Shown here piece by piece: positions 20,111 through 29,830 of a stretch of DNA of 64,000 bases. Every line of letters begins with the position of its first letter. Within the stretch, counting starts at the first letter, position 1. A program made the position numbers and the translations under genes. The notes beneath the pieces were generated by a model. The model worked only from the letters and a program-made list of their open reading frames with translations, was not told the DNA's origin and did not search any database. Source of the DNA: a virus (Duplodnaviria > Caudoviricetes); the IMG/VR virus record IMGVR_UViG_3300049491_000829, positions 126 through 64,125 of that record. The stretch is one strand, 5' to 3'.

Positions 20111-20664
20111 CTACTCTTGTTTCCAACTAGCTTAACTAGCTCATCAGTGGACATATTCGCAGGCTCCAGCAAATCATCATCACTAACAGGTACAGGCAAA
20201 ACGTCAATAATATTTGCTGGTAATTTTGGCTGCAACGCTGCAAGAACTTGGGAGTAAACAGAACCATTTATTTGTTCGGATAAGTAAACAAAAATCTCAA
20301 TAATTTTTCTACTAATGATTTCTGCTTCGTGCTGATTCTTGCCCCATGTTTCTGGGAATCTACGCTCTAACATCCACGCGGCTGCTCTCCAGTCATCGTC
20401 CCCTTTTGAGCGTACCTGCCGGACTAACCCTATTTCAGAATAAGCGATCGCCTCTTCAACTTTCACTGCAAAATCGTAATACTTCCCGCTTCCTTCCTTT
20501 TCCCCTCTTGCTCGCCATTTGTTAAAAGTATCGTAATGAACGCCAGCGTAAGCACACGCTGACTTCATTCCAACACACTGACGAATCGCAAGAAGCAGTC
20601 TTTGCTTCTTTTCCTCAGTAAATTTAGAAATTGGATATGAATTCTCTCTTTTCCTAGTCGTCAT
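20104..20664 (-). CDS. terS: Terminase small subunit
   Basis: N-terminal HTH (ACAYAGVHYDTFNKW) and DWRAAAWMLERRFP; overlaps the terL start. Confidence 0.8.
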   Translation of the reverse strand: MTTRKRENSYPISKFTEEKKQRLLLAIRQCVGMKSACAYAGVHYDTFNKWRARGEKEGSGKYYDFAVKVEEAIAYSEIGLVRQVRSKGDDDWRAAAWMLERRFPETWGKNQHEAEIISRKIIEIFVYLSEQINGSVYSQVLAALQPKLPANIIDVLPVPVSDDDLLEPANMSTDELVKLVGNKSRW

Positions 20665-20753
20665 TTTAATTCCTCTCACTTAGGGAAACTTTTCCCTAAG
20701 TTACCACTAAATATAATATCTCTTATTATCTCAAATAGAATACTTCTCAGCCA

Positions 20754-20782
20754 TTGACAATCTATGTCGTTAATGACATACT
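20754..20782 (+). promoter_or_regulatory. Promoter with operator
   Basis: TTGACA-17-CATACT containing TATGTC-GTTAAT-GACATA. Confidence 0.8.
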
Positions 20783-20824
20783 TTATTTAGTTGAGTAAAT
20801 AAACGTTTGACAAGGAAAGGTAAA

Positions 20825-21961
20825 ATGACAAGATTAGTTTTTGGGAATTCGGTTAATACAGATAGCAGCTTCAAAAACAATTCTGAGATTGACAAGTTTG
20901 GGGAAGCAGAACGATCGCTTGCTGCGTCGGAAATCAGAGAGCGGATTGCAGCGACAGGAGGAGCAAAAAAGCTCTTAAATCCTGAGAGATTGTATAAAGG
21001 AATCGGGGCGTTAGTCTCGAATGATATGAGCATTGACGAGCAACTGTCGAAAGCTAAATTAGATTGGGGCGTAGGCAAAAGTGCAATTAGATACGGAGAA
21101 ATGTTTGAATATGCAGATACAGCAGCCCAAGCTATTTACAGAGAAGATAACGGGCAATTGCTGACAACAACAAGCGGCGATCGCTGGACACCCTTTCAAA
21201 ACGAAGAAATTGTTACAACATTTAATCAATTCTGTAACGACGGAGGAATTGAAATTGAACGATTGGGCAGCTTAAAAGGTGGGAAGCTAATTTTTGCAAG
21301 CGCGATCGCAAACGAATCCTTTGATGTCCTCAACAGTGGCGACGCACTAGCCGCGAGAGTAATTCTTACTAACTCGCATGAATACGGCAAAGGTTTAACA
21401 GTTAAGCTCAACGCAATTAGACTTGTTTGTTGCAACGGACTTACTCAAACTGTAAAAGTTGGCTTTCAAACAATTTCTCATAGAGCCGCGTTTTCAGAAA
21501 TTCAAGTCCGAGAAATTTTAGAAAAGTCTAAAACATCGTTTGCAGAATTTGCACAAACAGCGCAAGACTTAGCCCAAATTCAAATATCCAACAGCGAAGC
21601 ACATGATTTACTCATCACCTCGCAAGCTCTAAGAGGCGATCGCGACAAGTCCTTGGAAGACCAGCCTAGAATAATCCAAAAAGCTTATAGCAACTTTGTC
21701 AACGACACTGCAACAGGCGGCAATCTAGAATCAGCGCATGGTACAGCGTGGGGATTGGTCAACGCAGTCACAGAGCATGTAAATCACGACTCCAACGTTC
21801 GAGGCGGAGTCGAAACCCACATAAATAGCCTTTGGTATGGAACCAAAGCGAATACTCAGCAAAGTTTTGTGACCCATGTAATTAGCTCAATCGACTTCGC
21901 AAATCAACGCGCTGCACAAAAACACTTACAGCGCGAAGCCCAGGCTGTAAGAGCATTCTAA
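20825..21961 (+). CDS. DUF932-family phage/plasmid protein
   Basis: PFQN.E, GSLKGGK, LTNSH.G, IRLVC.NG, GTAWGLVNAVTEHVNH, SLWYG. Confidence 0.85.
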   Translation: MTRLVFGNSVNTDSSFKNNSEIDKFGEAERSLAASEIRERIAATGGAKKLLNPERLYKGIGALVSNDMSIDEQLSKAKLDWGVGKSAIRYGEMFEYADTAAQAIYREDNGQLLTTTSGDRWTPFQNEEIVTTFNQFCNDGGIEIERLGSLKGGKLIFASAIANESFDVLNSGDALAARVILTNSHEYGKGLTVKLNAIRLVCCNGLTQTVKVGFQTISHRAAFSEIQVREILEKSKTSFAEFAQTAQDLAQIQISNSEAHDLLITSQALRGDRDKSLEDQPRIIQKAYSNFVNDTATGGNLESAHGTAWGLVNAVTEHVNHDSNVRGGVETHINSLWYGTKANTQQSFVTHVISSIDFANQRAAQKHLQREAQAVRAF

Positions 21962-22016
21962 CTATTTTTCACTTAGGGAAAAGTTTCTCTAAGCTGATTC
22001 ACAGAAAAATATAGGG

Positions 22017-22046
22017 GAAAGCCGGGTGGTATAATCCGGCTTTTTC
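22017..22046 (+). terminator. Intrinsic terminator
   Basis: AAAAGCCGG...CCGGCTTTTT. Confidence 0.6.
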
Positions 22047-22081
22047 TGTTATCTTTTAATTGTTAATTGTGTTCTCATGGC

Positions 22082-22110
22082 TTGCACTTTTATGTACAGC
22101 CTGACATACT
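22082..22110 (+). promoter_or_regulatory. Promoter with operator
   Basis: TTGCAC-17-CATACT containing TATGTA-N6-GACATA. Confidence 0.7.
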
Positions 22111-22139
22111 AAGTTAATAACCAAGGCAAAAAAGGCAAA

Positions 22140-23015
22140 ATGGCACGTTCCAAACTATCTTTCTCAGATGTTTCCAAGGTATTTAAAGCATTAAATTTAA
22201 AATTGATGCAAAGTACTAAAGGATATTCCGTAAACGTAAAAAAGAAAATTCACACTTTCCCGACTCTACAAGCAGCAACAGATTTTATTCTTGCTTATGA
22301 GCCTGGTACTAAGTCGTCAAAAATTATCGTTACTGAAATTGCCTGTATTCCTTGCGTAGCTTATGAAATGCAAGCTTTCCAAGCAATATTAGAAGCAATA
22401 TTAGAGGAGATTGGAGACTGGATTGAGACGACTGTTGCTGACGCGCCTGAGACAGCGAGAGTTTACACAACAGCGACAGAGAAGTATGACATTCCAGAGA
22501 TTACAGTTTCTAGTTACTGGATTAATTTAATGTCGGGTTCCAAACGCCAATGGAGAGTCATAGAATCGCTGGACGCAGAAAGACAAATAAAAGCTTGTAA
22601 AGACGCAAAGTACAGCGCTGTCAATGAAGATGAATGGCAGACCGTACAGATGTATCAACTTCCTTACGTTAAAGAATTAGACAAAGCAATTTCAAGAACA
22701 GCAGCAAAAATCAAAGCATTCAAAGAAAAGAAAAAAGCTGAAAAAATTTCTGAGGCAATTGGCAAAAATGGCAAACCTAAAGCAGTAAAGGAAAATGGCG
22801 AGTACAAGCCTGGGATGACAACGAAAGAAGTAACGCCAGGCTCAAAAATTGACAAAATTATTCAGATGCTTGGACAAGGCACAACAATGGAAGAATTAAG
22901 CTCTGCTATTGGCAAAGATATGACAGCATCCTACGTTGCTCAACGTCTTGCATTACGTGGCTATGGATTAAAAAAAGAAGTAGGCAGCGATCGCTACCTA
23001 CTTGTTAAGCCCTAA
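22140..23015 (+). CDS. Hypothetical protein with C-terminal winged-helix-like domain
   Basis: GSKIDKIIQML..GTTMEELSSAIG pattern. Confidence 0.6.
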   Translation: MARSKLSFSDVSKVFKALNLKLMQSTKGYSVNVKKKIHTFPTLQAATDFILAYEPGTKSSKIIVTEIACIPCVAYEMQAFQAILEAILEEIGDWIETTVADAPETARVYTTATEKYDIPEITVSSYWINLMSGSKRQWRVIESLDAERQIKACKDAKYSAVNEDEWQTVQMYQLPYVKELDKAISRTAAKIKAFKEKKKAEKISEAIGKNGKPKAVKENGEYKPGMTTKEVTPGSKIDKIIQMLGQGTTMEELSSAIGKDMTASYVAQRLALRGYGLKKEVGSDRYLLVKP

Positions 23016-23032
23016 TTATTTGCGCTAACGGG

Positions 23033-23782
23033 TCATTTGATAGCAATCCACGCAGCAAATTGACCCCAACGCCAGATGCATTCACTTTGCACAAATCCTG
23101 TATATCTTAAACTTTCTTCATTTTGAAAAGCAGTCCAAGGCACTAGAACCCCTTCTAAGCTTAAGCGTTTGCGCTGTATCTCATATTCTGTGTAGCCATT
23201 TTCAAATTTTAAAGAATAATAAACCTTTGTCAAAATATCATCAATATCAGCCGTTTTTGCTAAAGTTTTCTCTACAAGGATAAAAGCGCCGCCACGATTC
23301 AAGCTTCGATAAATCCGGCGCAATAATTGCAAGCGATACTCCACAGGGATGAATTGCAGCGTCAGGACAGACATTACAACGCTATTCTGCCCTTGGGGAA
23401 AATCAACCCGCAAATCTAAATTATCAATGCTAACGCGATCGCGTACATCTTTGAATCGCTCCTGACATACTTTTATCATTGCGTCGCTACGATCTATCAT
23501 CTTATATCTAATATCGGGTTGCAATCGCGACAGCAATCTAGCGATTGTCTCACCCCTGCTACAACCTAAGTCTAAAATTGCACCCTTGTTTGTCGCAAAA
23601 TTAACAGCGAATTCTACGACAAGCGATCGCATCACATCATAATCAGGGATCGAACGCTGTAACATCTCTTCAAATACATCCGCTACTTGCTCGTTAAACT
23701 CCCAATTACTTGGCATCGCGATCGCTTCAGGAGTATTTTGCAGTTGGGGAAACGTTTCCCTAAGTGGATTCTCGTTTTGCAT
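23033..23782 (-). CDS. cmoA: Carboxy-S-adenosylmethionine synthase, CmoA-like
   Basis: WEFNEQVADVFEEMLQRSIPDY, LDLGCSRG, LTLQFI, ILVEK, GYTEYEIQRKRLSLEGV match CmoA, including the KR motif. Confidence 0.88.
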   Translation of the reverse strand: MQNENPLRETFPQLQNTPEAIAMPSNWEFNEQVADVFEEMLQRSIPDYDVMRSLVVEFAVNFATNKGAILDLGCSRGETIARLLSRLQPDIRYKMIDRSDAMIKVCQERFKDVRDRVSIDNLDLRVDFPQGQNSVVMSVLTLQFIPVEYRLQLLRRIYRSLNRGGAFILVEKTLAKTADIDDILTKVYYSLKFENGYTEYEIQRKRLSLEGVLVPWTAFQNEESLRYTGFVQSECIWRWGQFAAWIAIK

Positions 23783-24257
23783 GATTTAAAATTAGCTTTG
23801 GCTTAGGAACAATTGTTAGATAGCGATCGCTGATTACAGCAGTGACAGTTTGCTTTGATTTGAGCTTTGCACGAAAATAACCTTTGATAAATAAAGCAAA
23901 AGGCTTAACATTCTTTGTTTGCGAAACAATCTTTATAGTGACTTGGTTTCGCAACTTACTTTTAGCAACAAGTTCGCCAGCTATTAAAAATGTATTTACT
24001 TTAATACTAGGATGCGGACTGTCTGCGTCTGCAATAGTCCTGCAAACAAACAATGTTAGCTCTCCTGTCTGTGGATTTGTACGAGGATAGACTGTAAGTC
24101 TTAGTAGTTTTGTACTATCTACTTTTAAAAAGGCGCGTTTTGCAGATTGAACGAAAATAATAGGGATTGAATAAGTGTCAGTTATAGCAGCGTACCCAGT
24201 TTCAAAAGGAATAATGTTAGCAAGGATAACGCCTACAGCTTGAGAGTAAAATTCCAT
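23760..24257 (-). CDS. Hypothetical protein in the modification operon
   Basis: 165 aa, overlaps both neighbours. Confidence 0.6.
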   Translation of the reverse strand: MEFYSQAVGVILANIIPFETGYAAITDTYSIPIIFVQSAKRAFLKVDSTKLLRLTVYPRTNPQTGELTLFVCRTIADADSPHPSIKVNTFLIAGELVAKSKLRNQVTIKIVSQTKNVKPFALFIKGYFRAKLKSKQTVTAVISDRYLTIVPKPKLILNHAKREST

Positions 24258-25258
24258 TAGTTAGTTTGTTGTAACAGTCTTTTACACAAGCTACCAGCGA
24301 TCGCGGACATTGCCAACGGTGGGACAGCGCGTCCTAGACGTTCCCAATTCTCTGCATCTGTTCCACCTAGATAAAAATCGTCAGGGAAGGAACATATTTT
24401 TTTGAGTTCGGGAATTGTGAACTGCCTTGTTTCTCCTGTATCTGATTTAATCCAACCACCACCAGAAAAATATGCGGATTCAAAGCGACCGTAATCATGT
24501 GCCATTATTGTAGGAGAAGGGCGATCGCTCGATTTATAATTAAATGCAGAACCACTGTGTTTTACGTAGCGGATATGAGGTAATACGTCTTTCACGCTGT
24601 AAGTATAAGGAAGAGGACGCGGGAAAACAGGCTGTATCTTCAAATCCTTGCGGATACCCATGAAGAAAACACGATCGCGCATCTGCGGTACTCTCAAATA
24701 CTGACAATCAATCTTGCTACAAATAACACTGTATCCACAATCTTTCAAAGCTTGGACAATCTCAACAAAATAGCCTTTTGCTTTCCCTTTTACTAGACCT
24801 GCAACATTTTCAGCAATGAACCCCTTTGGCTGTAACTCTTTGAGTATTCGCGAGTATTCAAAAAATAAATCATCTGACTTTTGAGATTTTTTGCCTGAGT
24901 AATGTCTTTTTTTGCCCCAACCTTTATCACCTGAACCTGCGCTAGAGAAACTAGTACAAGGTGGAGAGCCATCTAAAATATCGATTTTGCCCACTGCTGC
25001 AACAATATCTTTTGCTGCAATATCTCGCACATCTCGCGTATCTAGTTTTGTTGTTGAATGATTTGCTTGGTAACATGCGATCGCTTCTTCAACAAATTCA
25101 GCAGCATACACAACTTCACATCCAGCCAATTTGTAACCCAAACTGCTACCACCGCAGCCTGAGAACAAAGAAGCTACTTTAATCCCATTTTTAGGAATTA
25201 ATGCAATTTCCGCCATGCTTGGCATATAGTAATCAGGTTTATCTTTTTTATAGTTCAT
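24257..25258 (-). CDS. C5-cytosine MTase homologue with motif X Asn>Arg, predicted DNA carboxymethyltransferase
   Basis: I SLFSGCGG, IV GSPPC, VI ENV, VIII QMRDR, X LGRAVPP. Confidence 0.9.
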   Translation of the reverse strand: MNYKKDKPDYYMPSMAEIALIPKNGIKVASLFSGCGGSSLGYKLAGCEVVYAAEFVEEAIACYQANHSTTKLDTRDVRDIAAKDIVAAVGKIDILDGSPPCTSFSSAGSGDKGWGKKRHYSGKKSQKSDDLFFEYSRILKELQPKGFIAENVAGLVKGKAKGYFVEIVQALKDCGYSVICSKIDCQYLRVPQMRDRVFFMGIRKDLKIQPVFPRPLPYTYSVKDVLPHIRYVKHSGSAFNYKSSDRPSPTIMAHDYGRFESAYFSGGGWIKSDTGETRQFTIPELKKICSFPDDFYLGGTDAENWERLGRAVPPLAMSAIAGSLCKRLLQQTN

Positions 25259-25580
25259 TGTTAAACCCCAGATAAGTCATCGCTTCAAAACCTTTTACAC
25301 GTTCGTTCGTAATAATAAATTGCTCTTCATATTCGTAGTATCCTTCTTCTAATTCAAATTCTGTCGGGTATCTAACCCAGACGTGCTTGATGTCTAAAGG
25401 GGAAAAAGGGACTGAGTTATCCTCTTCGTCCTCCTCCTCGCAATAGTCCGAATAATCCGCGATCGCGTAACGGAAAAACTTATCAATATCTACGTGTCCT
25501 TTTGCGTAATAACCCATCAGACTATTACAATCACATTCTCGGACTTCGCACATCTCAAATTCACGCTGCAAATTTACCAT
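25248..25580 (-). CDS. Acidic hypothetical protein
   Basis: 110 aa, Glu/Asp-rich. Confidence 0.55.
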   Translation of the reverse strand: MVNLQREFEMCEVRECDCNSLMGYYAKGHVDIDKFFRYAIADYSDYCEEEDEEDNSVPFSPLDIKHVWVRYPTEFELEEGYYEYEEQFIITNERVKGFEAMTYLGFNNEL

Positions 25581-25597
25581 TTTTCAATATCCTTGTT

Positions 25598-26104
25598 TTA
25601 CTTCTTTGGAGTCGTAAATTGATATTTGCACTTGGGACAAGTCACATCAAGCTCAGACGCGATCGCATCCGGGTCAATTTCTGTGAAGTCTTGCGGGAAT
25701 TCTTCACTCATCAATGCATCAATCTCATCTTGAGAAAATCCAGTCAATTCTAAATCAGCTTCCAAATCAATCAAAGATTGAAGCTCAAATTTTAGCGCTT
25801 CATCATCCCAAGGCGATTGCGCTAACTTATTGTCAGAGATTCGCAATTGTGTTTTTTGCGCGTCCGATAATCCTGTACGGACAATTACAGCAACTTCTTC
25901 CAACTCAGCAACGATCGCAGCTTCTCTCCTGCAATGCCCTTTTAAAATGTTGTTGTTCTCATCAACAACAATCGGTACATCAAAACCAAGCGTTTTCATC
26001 ACTTCCGCTAACTTCTCAATCTGCTGTCTGCTATGGATTTTAGCGTTTTGCTCGTAAGGGATTAGAGCGTTTGGCGATCGCATCTCAATATTTAAATTAC
26101 TCAA
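25598..26104 (-). CDS. ParB/Srx N-terminal domain protein with C-terminal CxxC
   Basis: LIPYEQNAKIHS, GFDVPIVVD, GHCRREAA, RISDNK, CPKC. Confidence 0.85.
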   Translation of the reverse strand: MSNLNIEMRSPNALIPYEQNAKIHSRQQIEKLAEVMKTLGFDVPIVVDENNNILKGHCRREAAIVAELEEVAVIVRTGLSDAQKTQLRISDNKLAQSPWDDEALKFELQSLIDLEADLELTGFSQDEIDALMSEEFPQDFTEIDPDAIASELDVTCPKCKYQFTTPKK

Positions 26105-26105
26105 A

Positions 26106-26768
26106 TTACTCAGTCCTTGTTGGTAAACTGTAATATTTTGTATGATACCTTTTCTGCTCGATCCAAGCGTTGATTAAACCTTGTTGATGCATTTTTGAAC
26201 ATATCTTACGAATTGTTGTTTTATTTAACTTTGCTTCATTCGCTAATTCTTCAGTCGTCAAAGGTCTTTTGTACTCAGACAGCAAATTTAATATTATTTT
26301 TTCAGTTTCTAAACCAAATTTATCTATTAACTTTTCTTTTTCTCCCGCAAGACAATAATACAATTTTGAACCCCTGTCACGTCGATAACTCTCAATTTTA
26401 CCTGCTGCAATCAACGCATCACAATGAAATAAAGCTGTTTGGGGCGATCGCTCAATAGCAGGAGCAATATCATAAACACTCAAAGGTTCTTTAGCAAGTA
26501 ATCCTAATATTATTGCGCGATGTTTCTCGTTAACAAAAGGTCTAACAGCTTCGCGCTTTTGCTTGACTTTCCTGCGTTTAATCACTTCTGGCTTTTCACG
26601 CTGTTCCTGGACAAGCTTAGTTTTGTCAATGCCTCGACTAATGATTAAAAAATTTCCACAGGCAGAGCAAAAGTTATTACTTTCTTCCTCGCAAATACAG
26701 TAAATTTGGCGAAATTTTAAGCATCGACCGCAGTATTTAAAAATAGATTTTTCCCAAACAAGTTGCAT
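26106..26768 (-). CDS. Zinc ribbon plus tandem winged-helix DNA-binding protein
   Basis: CGRC...CSAC and two wHTH-like segments. Confidence 0.65.
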   Translation of the reverse strand: MQLVWEKSIFKYCGRCLKFRQIYCICEEESNNFCSACGNFLIISRGIDKTKLVQEQREKPEVIKRRKVKQKREAVRPFVNEKHRAIILGLLAKEPLSVYDIAPAIERSPQTALFHCDALIAAGKIESYRRDRGSKLYYCLAGEKEKLIDKFGLETEKIILNLLSEYKRPLTTEELANEAKLNKTTIRKICSKMHQQGLINAWIEQKRYHTKYYSLPTRTE

Positions 26769-26839
26769 TTTATTCTTCCCTTGAACTTGTCTTAATTTAA
26801 AAGCACTTAGGGAAACGTTTCTCTAAGTCCAAAAACAGT

Positions 26840-26866
26840 AAAAGCCATCTTAGTTAGATGGCTTTT
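26840..26866 (-). terminator. Intrinsic terminator
   Basis: AAAAGCCATCT-loop-AGATGGCTTTT. Confidence 0.6.
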
Positions 26867-26887
26867 AATTTCCGATGCAATCAACTT

Positions 26888-29377
26888 TTAAACAAGGGCG
26901 ATCGCTTGTTCTTTAGCTAGTGCTAATGTATCAATTCCTTCTTTAATAATTTCATTATCGATTGTGATTCTAAATTTGCCTCCTTTAATCTTAGTAAGTA
27001 TAATTTCTTTCTTTCTAAAGATTGACACTGCACCTGATTTAGTTGGTAGCCATTCGATTTCTTCTTCCTCTTCCTGTTCCTCTATTCCATCAATCGCCCA
27101 AACGGCTAAACGACAATCCCCATATTCATCAAATTTCTCGTAAAAATTGCGCCAGTTGTTGCCAATGTACAGCAACACTACGTCAAAGTTTGGATTGTCA
27201 AGATTATCATTGTTTTTCTTAAGCTCTTCGCGATATTTACGATGCTCAGGAGGACAGGAAAACGCGACACGTCCTGTCATGTCGCACGTTATTTCAAACA
27301 AACGTTTTGCGATCGCGCCTGAGCCTTTGTTTGACTTTAATCCTTGTTTTGCAAGGACTACACCCTCTTTGATGTTATTTTTACCAACTTGCTCTTCAAT
27401 CTTTTTGAGCCAAGCTTCCGGGTCCGAGTAAGGAATATTAGCAAAAAATGTGATAGGACGATTGTCATCTGGGATTTGCCAGTCTTGGGTTAAACCATTT
27501 AATTCTTCAGTTAATCCTGTGAAATGATGCTTTGCAGCTATGCGTTTACCAGGGTCAGCACAAGGATCAATGTCAATCTCTCCTAATACTTCGGCAATTG
27601 TTTCAACTAACCAATCAGGGGTGTACCATTGATCCGACATCAACGGTATATGCTTTTCTATATCTAGTCTTTGCTGTTCCGGATAAATAAGCGATCGCCC
27701 GGTTTGAATAGTCTCCGCGAGTGCGACTGTTTTGCCATCAACAGGCTGACTAAGTTGTTGAGTTTGTTGCTGAGTAGCTTGTTGTTGGGGAATACTTGCA
27801 GCTTTCCCAATTGCGCCTTGTTTAGATGGCGTACTTTGTTTCTCAGAAAATAATTTGCTTAATGCTTTTTCTACGCTTGTAGCTTCACCACGTAGAATCA
27901 AATCTGCAACTTGCATTGCAACTTTAGCGCCGTAGTTTGGATTTTGGTAAACTTCTTCGCGCAACTTGCGAACTGTCGCGACCATTTTGTCATTTTTATT
28001 AAATAGTTCGCGCAATTTAATCCGATTAGCGTCAGGAAGTGTGTCAATCCAATCAAGCAGCTTGCTAGCTTCATAAGCTGTTTTCCCAGAGAGTCCGGAA
28101 CCGCGTGCGGCTTCATCCCACGCTTTGCCAGATTGGGACGCATCTTTTTTTGACACTCTTGCTTGACGATCGCGAGCTAAAGTCGCGCAATATTGCTTAC
28201 GCGCAGCAATTTCCCGGATTTTCATCTCTTGATTGCGATCGCGTGTCTTGTCATTTGTATCAAGCAGCGCTTCCACTACTTCCGCTATCGAACCAAACGG
28301 ACGAACTTCAACAGGTATTGTAGAAATATTTTCAATTACAGCAGCTTGAGTACGTCTGTTCCCTGCAACTACTTCTAAATCGTAAACATTCTCATCATTT
28401 TTGACTAAGCCAACAAGAACTCGTTGCAGAATAACACCCCCGTTATTTTGAAGACTTTCTTGAATATTTGTAATATCCTCGCCATCTCGACCAGGGTGGT
28501 AAACTTCTCTATTAACATCCAGAAATGGCAACAAATGCGGCGGATAATCCCCAATAAATCCTGACTCTAGCTCTTTTGTGCGTGCATGATACTCGCGACA
28601 CACAGCGCTACGCACCGAATGAAAATATTGTCCGCGTTCTGTTGCGTACAGAATTTCAGTACCACCATCTTTCATTGTCGCTTCTTGTCCAGCTATTAAC
28701 AAAGCTGGTATTTCTTGCTCCAAAAAACCAACAAAGCCGCCTTGATAGAACTGATCGACGCGAACAATATAGCCTTTACGTGAATAACTAAAAATTGTCC
28801 GAAATTCTTCATCCTCGTCGCTTGCCTTCCATAAAGCTTCTCCTAACTCTGTTTTATCTTCTTCAATACTTTCTGCAACTTTTGCAGATTCACTACTTGT
28901 ATCAACAATCTCAGACATTTCATCATCCTTAATAACTTGAAATTCTTCTATAACTGACTCTAAACCATTTTCAATAATTGCAATTTTCCCAGGGAAAATC
29001 AGTCTTTCAACCGTAAAAATCCCTTTTTCTGTCTGGACGCGATCGCCCAATTCAACATTTAGTATGTTCAGTTTATCATCATATTGTAAATCCAACAGCT
29101 TAACAGCCTGCTCGTTGCCACTCTGACTACGGACTATAACAGACCCGTCGTTGGATATATCGACAATTCGGACAATTTCAGCATCGCCTTGTTTTGCTAC
29201 GCAAGCGCCAAACAAATCAAAACCCGCATCTGTCAAACGGAAGAAGTTAGCAAGGTTAGATTCACGCTTTTCTATGATTACCTGTTGTTTTGTGTGTACC
29301 TTTGAGCCTAGCTTCATATCCTTAAGTTTGTCGCGATCGCTCTCTAGTTCCCTTAACGCGCTTTTTAGTGTTTCCAT
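26888..29377 (-). CDS. Multidomain protein: ParB-like domain fused to a phage N6-adenine DNA methyltransferase
   Basis: VVAGNRRTQAA (ParB); SDQWYTP, IDPCA, FANIPYS (phage Dam-type). Confidence 0.8.
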   Translation of the reverse strand: METLKSALRELESDRDKLKDMKLGSKVHTKQQVIIEKRESNLANFFRLTDAGFDLFGACVAKQGDAEIVRIVDISNDGSVIVRSQSGNEQAVKLLDLQYDDKLNILNVELGDRVQTEKGIFTVERLIFPGKIAIIENGLESVIEEFQVIKDDEMSEIVDTSSESAKVAESIEEDKTELGEALWKASDEDEEFRTIFSYSRKGYIVRVDQFYQGGFVGFLEQEIPALLIAGQEATMKDGGTEILYATERGQYFHSVRSAVCREYHARTKELESGFIGDYPPHLLPFLDVNREVYHPGRDGEDITNIQESLQNNGGVILQRVLVGLVKNDENVYDLEVVAGNRRTQAAVIENISTIPVEVRPFGSIAEVVEALLDTNDKTRDRNQEMKIREIAARKQYCATLARDRQARVSKKDASQSGKAWDEAARGSGLSGKTAYEASKLLDWIDTLPDANRIKLRELFNKNDKMVATVRKLREEVYQNPNYGAKVAMQVADLILRGEATSVEKALSKLFSEKQSTPSKQGAIGKAASIPQQQATQQQTQQLSQPVDGKTVALAETIQTGRSLIYPEQQRLDIEKHIPLMSDQWYTPDWLVETIAEVLGEIDIDPCADPGKRIAAKHHFTGLTEELNGLTQDWQIPDDNRPITFFANIPYSDPEAWLKKIEEQVGKNNIKEGVVLAKQGLKSNKGSGAIAKRLFEITCDMTGRVAFSCPPEHRKYREELKKNNDNLDNPNFDVVLLYIGNNWRNFYEKFDEYGDCRLAVWAIDGIEEQEEEEEIEWLPTKSGAVSIFRKKEIILTKIKGGKFRITIDNEIIKEGIDTLALAKEQAIALV

Positions 29378-29414
29378 CTTACTTTTTTCTGATTTTTGCT
29401 TTGAGTACTTCTAT

Positions 29415-29442
29415 ATTGTATGCTAAATGCGACATATTGCAA
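29415..29442 (-). promoter_or_regulatory. Promoter with operator
   Basis: TTGCAA-16-TACAAT on the minus strand with TATGCT-N6-GACATA. Confidence 0.65.
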
Positions 29443-29536
29443 GGGCATAAGCATCAGAATATTCAATACAAAGGAAAAATGACTTAGAGAAACTTTTCCC
29501 TAAGTCATTTAAGCGGAGATTTATTGTATGCAAGCT

Positions 29537-29830
29537 TTAATCGATTGAGTCCAGCAATGTATAAGGTATCCCCATGCGCTCAAACCATTTCTGAGGATAA
29601 GTTCTGCTTATGTATTGGTCGATAACGTTTAACGCCCCCGTTGGGGTCCAGCACCCGCAGGATATGCCGTTGATAATTAATTCGAGATATTCACAGTCGT
29701 AGTCAATTTCAATGTCTTTATTTTGGCGTTGCAATCGTTGTAATTTAGTCAAAAACGCTTGTAGATGGAATTCTTCAGTGTTTGCTGGTGACAATAGTGC
29801 TTGCATTACGGGATTACCCCCACAGGACAA
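29537..29830 (-). CDS. Hypothetical protein
   Basis: 97-aa ORF. Confidence 0.5.
   Translation of the reverse strand: MSCGGNPVMQALLSPANTEEFHLQAFLTKLQRLQRQNKDIEIDYDCEYLELIINGISCGCWTPTGALNVIDQYISRTYPQKWFERMGIPYTLLDSID

Noticed and set aside
23033-23782. CmoA as a tRNA cmo5U modification gene
   Set aside because: No cmoB or tRNA genes are seen, and the context is a DNA MTase operon; a tRNA role is not excluded but is less parsimonious.
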